From NCBI GenBank assembly GCA_964524795.1, contig CAZGEH010000003.1, positions 78,675 to 142,674 on the forward strand: a DNA stretch of 64,000 nt. Reading direction: 5' to 3'. The stretch comes from an uncultured Acidobacteriota bacterium (lineage in GTDB: Bacteria; Acidobacteriota; UBA6911; RPQK01; JAPXNP01). The translations under genes were made by a program, and so were the position numbers. Positions 9,653 through 19,015 of the stretch are shown in pieces (within the stretch, counting starts at the first letter, position 1; each line of letters starts with the position of its first letter). A model generated the notes under the pieces. That model was not told the origin of the DNA. It worked only from the letters and a program-made list of their open reading frames with translations, and did not search any database.

Positions 9653-10779
9653 TGTGGGGACGCGTCTTTGTGCTGTTTCGCAAGGAGCTGCGCCAGGTTT
9701 GGCGGGAACCGCGGGCCCGGGTCCTCCTGGTCGGTCCGCCGCTGCTCCAGCTCATCATTTTCGGCTACGCCGTGAACCTGGATGTTCAGGATGCCCGGGT
9801 CGGTTGGCTGGACCGCGACCGCACCGCCGCATCCCGGGAACTGAGGGCGGCCTTTGAGGGCTCCCCTTACCTGAGGATTGTGCGGGAAATCCAGCGTGAC
9901 GAGGAGGCTGAGACCCTGCTGGACCAGGGACGGGTGGAAGCGGTGGTTCAGATCAGCCCGGGTTTCGAGACGGACTTGAAGCGGGGCCGCCAGGCAGCGG
10001 TGCAGGTGTTGCTGGACGGTACAAATTCCAACACCGCCGCGATCGTGGGGGCCTATTTCGCGGAAGTGATCTCCCGGTATTCGACCGACCGTCTGCGGGC
10101 GCGCCTGCGGGAACAGGGACTGACGGCGCAGCCTGAAGGAGTCGTCCTGCGCTCCCGGGTATGGTTCAACGAGAATCTGGCCAGCCGCGATTACTTCGTG
10201 CCGGGCGTGGTGGTCAACATCATCGGGCTGGTGACGGTGATGTTGACGGCCATGGCCATCGTACGGGAGAAAGAGCTGGGCACCATGGAACAGCTCATGG
10301 TGAGTCCGCTGCGGCCCGTGGAGATCATGCTTGGAAAGACCCTGCCCTTCGCCCTGATCGGCATCGGTGAGGTGGCTCTGGTAACCAGCGCCGCGCTCAT
10401 GGTGTTTGGCATCCCATTCCGGGGCAAACCATGGTTTCTCTTGATCTGCGCCGTTCTGTTCCTGTTGACGACGCTGGGGGCGGGGCTGTTGATCTCCACC
10501 CTGTCCGGCACCCAGCAGCAGGCCATGATGGGCTCGTTTTTCTTCTTCCTCCCCACGTTCATGCTGAGCGGCTTCGCCTTTCCCATCCGGAACATGCCGG
10601 AAGTCGTGCAGTGGCTGACCCTGGTCAACCCGGTGCGATATTTCATCGAGATCGTACGGGGCATCTTCCTGAAAGGGATCGGGCCGGAAGTGCTGTGGCC
10701 GCAGATGCTGGCCATGACGCTGTTCGGCGTGGGGATGCTGACTTTCAGCTCGCTCCGTTTCCACAAACGCCTGGATTGA
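9652..10779 (+). CDS. ABC-2 family permease (paralogue of the preceding gene)
   Basis: ATG overlaps the stop of the previous gene (TGATG). MWGRVFVLFRKELRQVWREP... is parallel to the MKRRRLRAIARKEFLHILRDP... start of the paralogue, with the same overall architecture. The longer upstream in-frame ORF (from 9139) is an artefact of a shared frame. Confidence 0.8.
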   Translation: MWGRVFVLFRKELRQVWREPRARVLLVGPPLLQLIIFGYAVNLDVQDARVGWLDRDRTAASRELRAAFEGSPYLRIVREIQRDEEAETLLDQGRVEAVVQISPGFETDLKRGRQAAVQVLLDGTNSNTAAIVGAYFAEVISRYSTDRLRARLREQGLTAQPEGVVLRSRVWFNENLASRDYFVPGVVVNIIGLVTVMLTAMAIVREKELGTMEQLMVSPLRPVEIMLGKTLPFALIGIGEVALVTSAALMVFGIPFRGKPWFLLICAVLFLLTTLGAGLLISTLSGTQQQAMMGSFFFFLPTFMLSGFAFPIRNMPEVVQWLTLVNPVRYFIEIVRGIFLKGIGPEVLWPQMLAMTLFGVGMLTFSSLRFHKRLD

Positions 10780-10855
10780 GGCGGCCGGTTCCACTCCACG
10801 GGGATTCCCGGAGCCGAGACCCGGAGGAGGCAGGGCCCATACCCGGTCAGGCCCG

Positions 10856-11857
10856 TTACAGCCCGCCACCCGATTCCACATGGCTGCGGACGGCCGCCTC
10901 CAGCTCCTCAGCCGAGACGGTGGCGGTTCCCAGTTTCCCCACCACGATGCCGGCGGCCAGGTTGGCCAGCAGGGCCGCCTCGACGGTGGTCGCCCCGGCA
11001 GCTTTGGCCAATGACACAGTGGCGATCACCGTGTCCCCGGCACCCGTCACGTCGAAAACCTCGCGGGCCACGGCCGCGATATGGGTCAGGTCGCGCCCGT
11101 CAAACAGGGTCATGCCGCGCTCTCCCAGAGTGATCAGGACCTCGCCGGCCCGGGCCTGTCGGCGGATGATGCGGGCCGCCGCCAGCAGGCGGTTCGGGTC
11201 GTCCAGGAGCAGTCCGGTGGCCTGTTCGGCTTCCTTGAGGTTGGGAGTGATGAGGGAAACCCCGCCGTAGACGCCAAAATCCCTGCGCTTAGGATCGGCT
11301 GCCACGAACTTGTGTTCCGCCCGGCAGGTGGCGATCAGGGAGCTTGTGATGAGAGGATCCACGGCGCCTTTGGCGTAGTCAGAGATGACGACTGAGTTCA
11401 CCCGCTTCACCAGACCCGTCGTCCGCCTGGCCAGGCGGGCCAGGCCTTCTTCGACGGGCGGCCGCGCTTCCCGATCAAAACGGCAGACCTGCTGGTGATG
11501 GGCGATGATGCGGGTCTTGCAGGTGGTGCGTCCCGGCTGGCGAATGACGTCGTCACAGCCGACGCCCGCCCCGGCCAGCAGCTCCAGCAACCGGTCCCCG
11601 TCCGGGTCGGTGCCCACCAGGCCGGCCAGTTCGGCCCGCCCCCCCAGAGCCACGACATTGGACGCCACGTTGGCCGCCCCGCCCGGCAGCTCCGATTCCC
11701 GTTGCACTGCCACCACGGGGACCGGGGCCTCGGGAGAGATCCGTTCGACCGTCCCCCAGATGAAACGGTCCAGGATCAGGTCGCCCAGGATGGCGACACT
11801 GCATCCCTTGAAGGCCCTTACCAGCTCCAGCAGTCTCCGCCCGTTCAGTCGATTCAT
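10856..11857 (-). CDS. PfkB-family sugar kinase, HldE/RfaE domain-I-like (D-glycero-beta-D-manno-heptose-7-phosphate kinase)
   Basis: 333 aa. Shows CSVAILGDLILDRFIWG...PGGAANVA...DVTGAGDTV, the ribokinase-fold anion-hole and GAGD motifs in RfaE kinase-domain order. There is no adenylyltransferase domain II. Confidence 0.7.
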   Translation of the reverse strand: MNRLNGRRLLELVRAFKGCSVAILGDLILDRFIWGTVERISPEAPVPVVAVQRESELPGGAANVASNVVALGGRAELAGLVGTDPDGDRLLELLAGAGVGCDDVIRQPGRTTCKTRIIAHHQQVCRFDREARPPVEEGLARLARRTTGLVKRVNSVVISDYAKGAVDPLITSSLIATCRAEHKFVAADPKRRDFGVYGGVSLITPNLKEAEQATGLLLDDPNRLLAAARIIRRQARAGEVLITLGERGMTLFDGRDLTHIAAVAREVFDVTGAGDTVIATVSLAKAAGATTVEAALLANLAAGIVVGKLGTATVSAEELEAAVRSHVESGGGL

Positions 11858-11869
11858 GTCCTTGCCCGG

Positions 11870-14800
11870 TCATCGAACCGCCAGGTACCCGAACACGTAG
11901 GCAGTGGGTCCCAGCGTCTGCATCACCGTGAATTCCGTCGTTTCGGGAAACAGGAAGATGTCGAAGTATGCTGACAGTGTCGGCCAGCGATCCACCGTCG
12001 GATACAGGGCCGGTGCCATCAGGTTGATGGCCCAGTGTCCCTTGGCGAAGGTCTCCATATCGAAGGGACCGTAAACCGTGATCCCTTGCGGCGGCTCCTG
12101 GTTGGTGCGGCGCTGGTCCACCACCAGGGGATGGAGGGGCTGCCGGAAGCCGATGCCGGTGGTGTATGAAAGCCCCAGGGGATTGGCGCCGATTCCAGTC
12201 TGGCAGGCGGCCACAATGGTTCTCAGCAGTTCGGGATCGCCTGTCAACCGGTGTGCCCGCGCCAGAGTGACCGCCTGAGGTGCCGAGAGTTTGCCGAAGC
12301 CGACCGGCTCCCAGGGATCCTGCTTGGTCCAGTTGAAGCCGGTCCGTTGTGACTGCTGGACTGACCTGGCCGCCTCCCGGAGGATTGCATTGCGGGCGTT
12401 GTTCTGGACCACCGCATCGACATCGCCGGACTCCAGCAGACAGTAGAGAAAGGCGGCGTCACGCTGGTTGTGGCTGCGCCACACAGCCGGATCGGCTGCA
12501 GGACTCGTGAACTTGGTGGTCTCCAGGAAGATGCGGTGCCAGTTCGGATCACCGGTTAGCCGGTAGAGTTCGAGGGCTGCCAGATTGCGGGCATCACGAA
12601 CCTCGTTGAGGGCATTGGCGACGGCGTCCGGGTCAGCCGGCTGAGCCGGCCGCGACTGCAGCCAGGCCGGATACTCCGACTCCGCCCAGGCAGCAGCGCG
12701 CAGGGCGCTGTCCCGATAGACCTGCGCCAGCGCCGGTCCCACCCGCTCCAGGGCGAGCGAGGCCCTTGCCGCCACCCCCGCATAGATGAAGCTGCTCCAG
12801 ACGTCAGGGGCATAGGCCATCACCGGCAGCGATTCCTGCCAGCTCGTCTCGCCGTAACGGGGATGCTCGGCGGATTCGATACCGCCCCGAATCCCCCCGG
12901 AAGGCGTCTGCATCCGGCGATATACGTCAAGTCCCCAGATGGCCTCATCCAGCAGGTCGGGAACCCCATTGCCCGACTCGGGCAGGCCCAGTTCCCCGTC
13001 TTCGAAGGCGCCGGGGAAGGCGAGGATGAGCTCCAGCAGAAGGCGGGCGGCTTCCAGATGCTGGATTCGCCGGTCCCAGTCCCCGGCGTCGAAGTATCCG
13101 CCCCAGGCCTGGGGAACGGGCTCAGAGGTTTTCCCGGCTACCAAATCACCGAAGTTTCCGTCGCGGTTTCCGTTGGCGTCCAGGCCGTTGCCCGAATCCG
13201 CCAAGGTGGCGGTGGACGCGTACACCACCATCCCGTCGTCGGGATGAAAGGCCCGGGGGCGCTCGAAACGGCTGAACGGAGGCCCGATGGAGATCCCGCT
13301 GCGCTGGTGGTAGAAACCCCTGGCGGAACGCCGGTGCGCACGGCGCCACACTTCCGGGCCCACCTCGAACGGTTGGGAGCAACCGACCCCCTGCAAACAG
13401 GCGCGATACACCCCGGGACGGCTCAGCTCGCTGAAGTCCAGCCGATAGACATCGACCCCACTGTAGTTGCGATTGTAGGGATCCTCCGTCCTGTCGGCGG
13501 CCGCCTTGCCGAGGATCACCGGTCCGGACAGGACCGGCGATCCGTCCTCATCCCGGATCTGGAAAGTCGGACTTCCGGTCAGGCTGAGGCCGCCTCCGTC
13601 ACCCATCCAGACGGCCACGTAGCCCCCCTTGAACGGATCATCCGGCCGGAAACCGACCTGGGAAACCAGGACCGCCTCACTAAGATTTCGGTCCGGATCG
13701 TGGTGGTAGGTGATTTCCGGCAGGAAGGACTCATCGAAGCGGATCCGGTACGTTGCTCCCGCCTTCAACGGACCGGGAAACCGGAAATACAGAGTATGCT
13801 CCAGCGGCCATTCGAAAGACCAGACTCCAGTCTGCACCATGTCCCAGGGTGCGGTCCGCCGATAAACCGCCAGGGGATGCCGGCTGGTGGGGAGCGCGGG
13901 ATCGCCTTGAGACTCGATCAGATAGGTCCGCGGCTCCTTCAGTCGGTTCGCTCCCTCAGGACCGGCAAGCAGGGCGGGGACGCCTTGCAGCCGATCAAAG
14001 GGACAGAGCACGTTCCGCTCCGGTCCCACCAGCGCCCCCACGATCTGGCCTCCTCTCCTCAGCCACACCGATCCATATTCGCCGGAGAGTTCCACCATGT
14101 CTCCCGGCTCGGGCTGGTAAGGGACCTGCCGGGCGCCGATACGTTTACCGGACCGCAAGCTCACCGCCAGCATGTCGGGAGCCACCGCACCCACCCGCAG
14201 GATTTCACGCTGAAACCGTTCCCGGACCTGGGAAGGCAAGGCAGGATGATCGGGGGTCCAGACCCCGAAAACGGGGAATGAGGTGATACCGCCCGTCACC
14301 GCCAACAGACGGTCATCCTCCAGGTTCCACCCCTGAACCAGTTCCACGTCCTGGATGCCGGGTATGGTTGCCCAGACCAGCAGTTCGTCCGCCGCCGGCG
14401 AATAGAGGGTCAGGGCTCCGGACCCGGATTCCGCAATCAACAGCCGGATGGCTGCGGGACAGGAAACTCCGCTCCGGAAGACCGCCTCCAGGGCCACCGG
14501 GCGCAAAAGACCTTCGCGGACGGTTTCCCGCCGGTTAGTGATCCGATCCCAACGGACGAGGCGGCCGGCGGCGGTTTCCACCACGTAAACATGACCCGTA
14601 CAGGGGTCCACCGCCGCCTGGGCAGGCTGAACACCCGGGACCAGCACCTCGCGCCGCCGGTCGGGGTAGGAAAATGTTCCCAGCCCGTGGTTCAGTGCAA
14701 ACGACGCCACCTTGGACAGGAAGGCCGCCTCCGCGATCAGCAGGTTGCCGGTAATGGGGTCGAGAGCCAGCTTTCCCGGGTTGTTCAGTCCCTCCAGCAG

Positions 14801-16788
14801 CACGGCTGACTGGCCATTTCGGGGGTCCAGCCGCAACAGCCGGCCGGCACTGGTCGCCGCCAACAGGTACTCCTTGCCGTCGAGAGCCTGCCAGCTCAAC
14901 AGCCCTCTGAGCTGCTGGCCGGCGATCTGGGCTGCCGGAGAACCCTGCCGGCGCAAGATCCTGGTGTTGCCGCCGGAGAGTTCCGCAAGATACCACTCGC
15001 CCCGAAACTGGGAATGGGCCGCCAGCAAAGGGGTCCCGGGAAGCGTGGACGGACCTGCCACGTCGACCGTGGCCCCGACGGCCTCAACGATGCCACGCCG
15101 GGACCACTCGAGGGTCACCGCAACCGGTGCCAGAGGTTCAGCCGCCGGAGCCCGATACATGCCACCGGCGGTGACAGTTCCCACCTGGGTGTCGCCTCCC
15201 GGCCGGCCGTTGACTTTCCAGACCCAGTCCGTTGCGGCAACCGGCATCGTCGAAACCGTTCCGGTTTGCCCGCGGGTGATCTGGGCGGAGGGGCCGGAGG
15301 ATTCCGCCAGACCCGGCGGCGGGGAGAAGTTGTAAGTCGCACCGGGGGAAAGCCGGATCAGGGTCGGCTCGAGACGTGCGACCTCCGCTCCCCCAGGAGC
15401 GAAGCCTCCAGCCGGCGACTGAGGCGGGATGTTGGCCAGCACGCCACGGTGTGATCCGGTTTGGAGTCGCCCGAACAGCGACGTCATCGCCAGTGGGGTG
15501 TCCGCGACGATCCAGACGATGCCTCCAGCCAGTCCCGCGGTTTCGGGAACGAACTCGGTCAGCAGCCTGCTTTCCCGCTGGCCGGGAAGCAGGGCGCCCC
15601 GGCAGGTGCCGACCTGCGAGCCATCGGATCGAACAGCCAGAAGGGTGTAGTTGGCCACGGCGGAACCGGGGTTGAGCAGGGCGATGCCGGTAAAGTAATC
15701 CAGAGTAGTGGCGATGTGGGAAAAGACGGCAGAACTCTGGGACCTGTGTGCCGCCGCAACGGCAGCAACCATCCCCTGTTCAGGAACCGAATACACCAGC
15801 GTGCCCAGCAGGGTCGGCGAGGCCGATCTCACCCGCAGCCAGCCGGTGCTGAGACCTCCACGGAATCCGAAAGTCTCCTCGAGATCCTCGTACAGGCTTT
15901 CAGATGGACCCACCACCCGGGTCACACGGCTGGTGTGCGCCTTATTCGGTCCGAAAGGAGTCCCGTCCGGCTGGAAGGCTTCCATGATGATTTCCGCAGT
16001 GCCGGTGCCGAGATGGACCAGGTAGAGCTCCGACCGGTAGGGCGGGCCGACAGCCAACTGCGGGAAGAGCAGCTCTGATGCGGCCCCCGTAACCGGCTTG
16101 GCGTTGACCGCCCAAGCGTCGGCACCGGTCTCGACCAGTTGGTAGCCGGCAACCGGAACCTGGGACTTCACCAGTACGTGCCCGGGTTCTCCTGTGGGCG
16201 AGGAGCCCAGGTCGGAGGCGACGGAGACCTGGGAAGAACCCCAGGGCGGGATGATCAGACTGCGCTCGCTGGGGCCACCCCTCGTGACCAGGTTCAGGAG
16301 GACGCCCGCGTGCTCCGGATTGGGATTGACCAGAGTGAGTTTCGCCTCGCCCCTGGCGGGCGGGGGAACCGCCTCAAACACAAGCTCGCGAGCCGGCGCC
16401 GGCGTGACGGCTCCGTCCAGCCAGGTGACATCCTGGTCGAACTGAAGAAAAAACCCGGTGAGGGCTGGAGTCCCGGACTCCGCCGCCACCCAGATGCCGT
16501 TCGAGTCGGACCACCCGCTCCCGAAGAGGGACAATGCGACCTCCGCGACTTGGCTCCCTGGCCGCACCTCGAGCTGGACCGGGTTGGAGATGCGTTCACC
16601 CCTCGGCATCCGTCCGGCGTCGTCGTAGGCCGTGAGCCTGACGGAAAGCGTCTGTCCCCCCGTGTTCGACAGAGCGATTCCGGTATGCGTTCCAGGTCTG
16701 TCCGCCAGCCGCGGGATGATCAAACGGTGCTCCTCCGCTCCGAACGGCAGGAACAGATTCAGACAGAGCAACAGGCAGGTGGATGTCA
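11870..16788 (-). CDS. Giant secreted multi-repeat protein with C-terminal GH9-like (CelD N-terminal Ig-like + (alpha/alpha)6) domain
   Basis: The ORF runs to 16981. The probable start is TTG at 16788-16786, 12 nt after AGGAGG, giving a signal-like MTSTCLLLCLNLFLPFG. About 1,100 aa of beta-rich repeats (Ig/NHL-like segments such as TGHVYVVETAAGRLVRWD) precede a C-terminal region with GH9-like motifs (WGGYFDAGDWDRR, NPLGLSYTTGIG...PLHP). Confidence 0.65.
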
Positions 16789-16832
16789 AGGATCGCAGGT
16801 CCTCCTGATCGCAGGCAAGTGGCGGTACCGGG

Positions 16833-18023
16833 TCACACGTAACCTGACACCGCCGGCCGGTGGCGCGCGCCACGCTCCTGCGCGATCCGCTCCACATAGC
16901 CGCTGGCGCGCAAAGCCGCCAACGGGTCTGCCGGGAGGCCGCGCCGTTGGCGCCAGGCCCGAATCCAAGGGCGGACATCACGCCGGAAAGCCTCCTTGAG
17001 ACACTCTTCCGCGTCCACCAGGCGGCACTCGTTCTGATACTGCACCAGGGCCGCGAAGTCCACGGTCGCCGCCTTCACCCACAGTTCCTGGACCGTGTCC
17101 ACCGTCTGGACCATCGCTTCCAGCTTGCCCTTGAGATTGTGGCTCTGGTCCACCATGAAGGCGATGCAGGGGGTTGAACCGGTTTCCCACTGGTACAGCC
17201 GGATCTCGTAGAAGACGCGGAACATCTGGTAAGGATCGATGGAGCCGACGGTGAGGTCGTCGTCTGCGTAACGCCGGTCATTGAAATGGAAGCCGCCCAG
17301 CATGTTTTCGCTGAGCAGCCAGGCGACGATCTGCTCGATGTTCTGGGTGGGATAGTGGTGACCTGTGTCCACCAGCACGCGAGCCGAAGCCCCGGCCTTG
17401 GAGGCGTGCAACAAGGCCATCCCCCAGTCGGCGATGTCGGTGTGGTAGAAGGCGGGTTCGAAAGGTTTGTATTCCACCAGCATCCGCTCTTCCGGCTGCA
17501 GCATGGCCGCGACTTCCCGCAGGCCTTCCTCGAACCATTGTTTGCGGCGCCGGATGTGCGCGGTTCCCGGGTAGTTGGAGCCGTCGGCAAACCACAGGAC
17601 CAGCTCCCGGCTGCCCACCGCCCGCATCAGGCGGACGCTCTCCCCGATGTGGTCAAGGGCCTTGCGTCGTACCGCCGGGTCAGGGTTACCCAGTGAGCCG
17701 TATTTGTAGTCCTGGTCCTCGAACAGGGTCGGGTTGATGGAGCCGATCCCCAGCCCCAGCCGGCGGGCATGCTCGACAATGGCGGCAGCCCGCTCGATTC
17801 CACCCGGGAAGTCCCAGGCCGCATGGACGGCCACCGTAGGGCAGCAACCCGTCAAACGGTGGACCTCCGCGGCGTCCTGGAGTTTCTCTTCGATGGTGGT
17901 GGCGGCAGCCGGCTGAAGGAATTTTCCGAAACGCGTCCCGGTGTTGGCAAAGCCCCAGGAGGGAAGCTCGATCCGAAGCTGGTCCAGCACCAGGGCCGCC
18001 GTCTGTTGCAGCGAGTGGTCCAT
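16833..18023 (-). CDS. L-rhamnose isomerase, Pseudomonas stutzeri L-RhI type (xylose-isomerase-like TIM barrel)
   Basis: Strong resemblance to P. stutzeri L-RhI, as recalled: PSWGF.NTGTRF, YKYGSLG, GGFHFNDRRYADDDL, MVDQSHN, YRASGY-like C-terminus. Confidence 0.8.
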   Translation of the reverse strand: MDHSLQQTAALVLDQLRIELPSWGFANTGTRFGKFLQPAAATTIEEKLQDAAEVHRLTGCCPTVAVHAAWDFPGGIERAAAIVEHARRLGLGIGSINPTLFEDQDYKYGSLGNPDPAVRRKALDHIGESVRLMRAVGSRELVLWFADGSNYPGTAHIRRRKQWFEEGLREVAAMLQPEERMLVEYKPFEPAFYHTDIADWGMALLHASKAGASARVLVDTGHHYPTQNIEQIVAWLLSENMLGGFHFNDRRYADDDLTVGSIDPYQMFRVFYEIRLYQWETGSTPCIAFMVDQSHNLKGKLEAMVQTVDTVQELWVKAATVDFAALVQYQNECRLVDAEECLKEAFRRDVRPWIRAWRQRRGLPADPLAALRASGYVERIAQERGARHRPAVSGYV

Positions 18024-18167
18024 GCCTTGTCTCCCGGCCGCTCATACTACCCGCAGTGCGGCTTCCTCACCAGCCCTGTTGCCGAGGTGTCTGCTGAAGG
18101 AGGATCTGTAGTATATTTAGCCGATTCTAAATTCCAGTCAGATCAGGACTGGCTCCGCGAGTCATTC

Positions 18168-18191
18168 GGATCACGCGGATCACGCGGATCA
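18168..18191. repeat. Tandem 9-mer GGATCACGC x2.7 (GGATCACGCGGATCACGCGGATCA) in the divergent promoter region
   Basis: Read directly. It is preceded by an AT-rich stretch and a CCAGTC-N7-GACTGG hairpin (18134-18152). A related GGATCmCGCGGAT core recurs at 43459, 47091-47125 and 55686. Confidence 0.5.
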
Positions 18192-18209
18192 GAGGGGAGG
18201 CAAACAACC

Positions 18210-18965
18210 TTGGGGAAGCGCTGGATCGTGGTGATGGCCTGGCTGTGGCCGGCTGTGGGATTGGCGCAGGAGGAACTGATCACCGATCGGCCGGACCAGA
18301 CCGAGTCCGCGGTGGTGGTGGCGCCGGGGACGCTCCAGCTTGAGACCGGCTGGATCTGGGAACGGCATGAGGGGACCAGCCGGCACGGATTGCCCGGCAC
18401 CCTGTTGCGCCTGGGGTGGCTTACCAGGCTGGAGCTCCGCCTGGGGTGGGAAGGCGGACAGTGGCTTCGGAACAGCGGGGACCGCTGGACGGCCGGCATC
18501 GGCGATGGTGAACTGGGGGCAAAGCTGGGCCTCTGGGGAGGCCCGGAATCAGCCAGCCAGGGGGCGCTCCTGGTGGGAGTCGGCTTGCCTTGGGGAAATT
18601 CCGCCTTCAGCTCAGGTTCTGTGGACCCGTCCCTCCGGCTGTCGGTGGCTCACGAGCTGGACGACCGGATGGGTCTCGGCTGGAATCTGGGCTGGACTTG
18701 GCCGGGAAACGGCGGAAACAGGGATTCCCGATTGTTCTACACGGTTTCCTGGGGGGTGGAGCCGGCGCCCCGATGGGGGGTTTTTCTCGAAGTGTTCGGC
18801 GACGCCTCGACCGGGGCCGGCGGCCACACGACGTCCCTCGACGGGGGGGGCACCTGGCTGGCGGGAGAACGCTGGCAACTGGACGCCTCTGCCGGGGTGG
18901 GCCTGACCTCCGGCGCACCCGACTGGTTTGTGGGCGTGGGATCGTCTTTCCGTTGGCCCCACTGA
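18210..18965 (+). CDS. Outer-membrane beta-barrel protein (MetA-pathway phenol-degradation-like / small OM transporter family, tentative)
   Basis: TTG start 10 nt after GGGGAGG; signal peptide MGKRWIVVMAWLWPAVGLAQEE; ITDRPDQTES start of the mature protein; alternating amphipathic beta-strands rich in G/W/L. The upstream in-frame ORF extension from 17769 is rejected. Confidence 0.5.
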   Translation: MGKRWIVVMAWLWPAVGLAQEELITDRPDQTESAVVVAPGTLQLETGWIWERHEGTSRHGLPGTLLRLGWLTRLELRLGWEGGQWLRNSGDRWTAGIGDGELGAKLGLWGGPESASQGALLVGVGLPWGNSAFSSGSVDPSLRLSVAHELDDRMGLGWNLGWTWPGNGGNRDSRLFYTVSWGVEPAPRWGVFLEVFGDASTGAGGHTTSLDGGGTWLAGERWQLDASAGVGLTSGAPDWFVGVGSSFRWPH

Positions 18966-19015
18966 GTGTTTCGGATCAGGACGAATCCTCCGGGGCGCCG
19001 CAGGTCTCGGACTGG

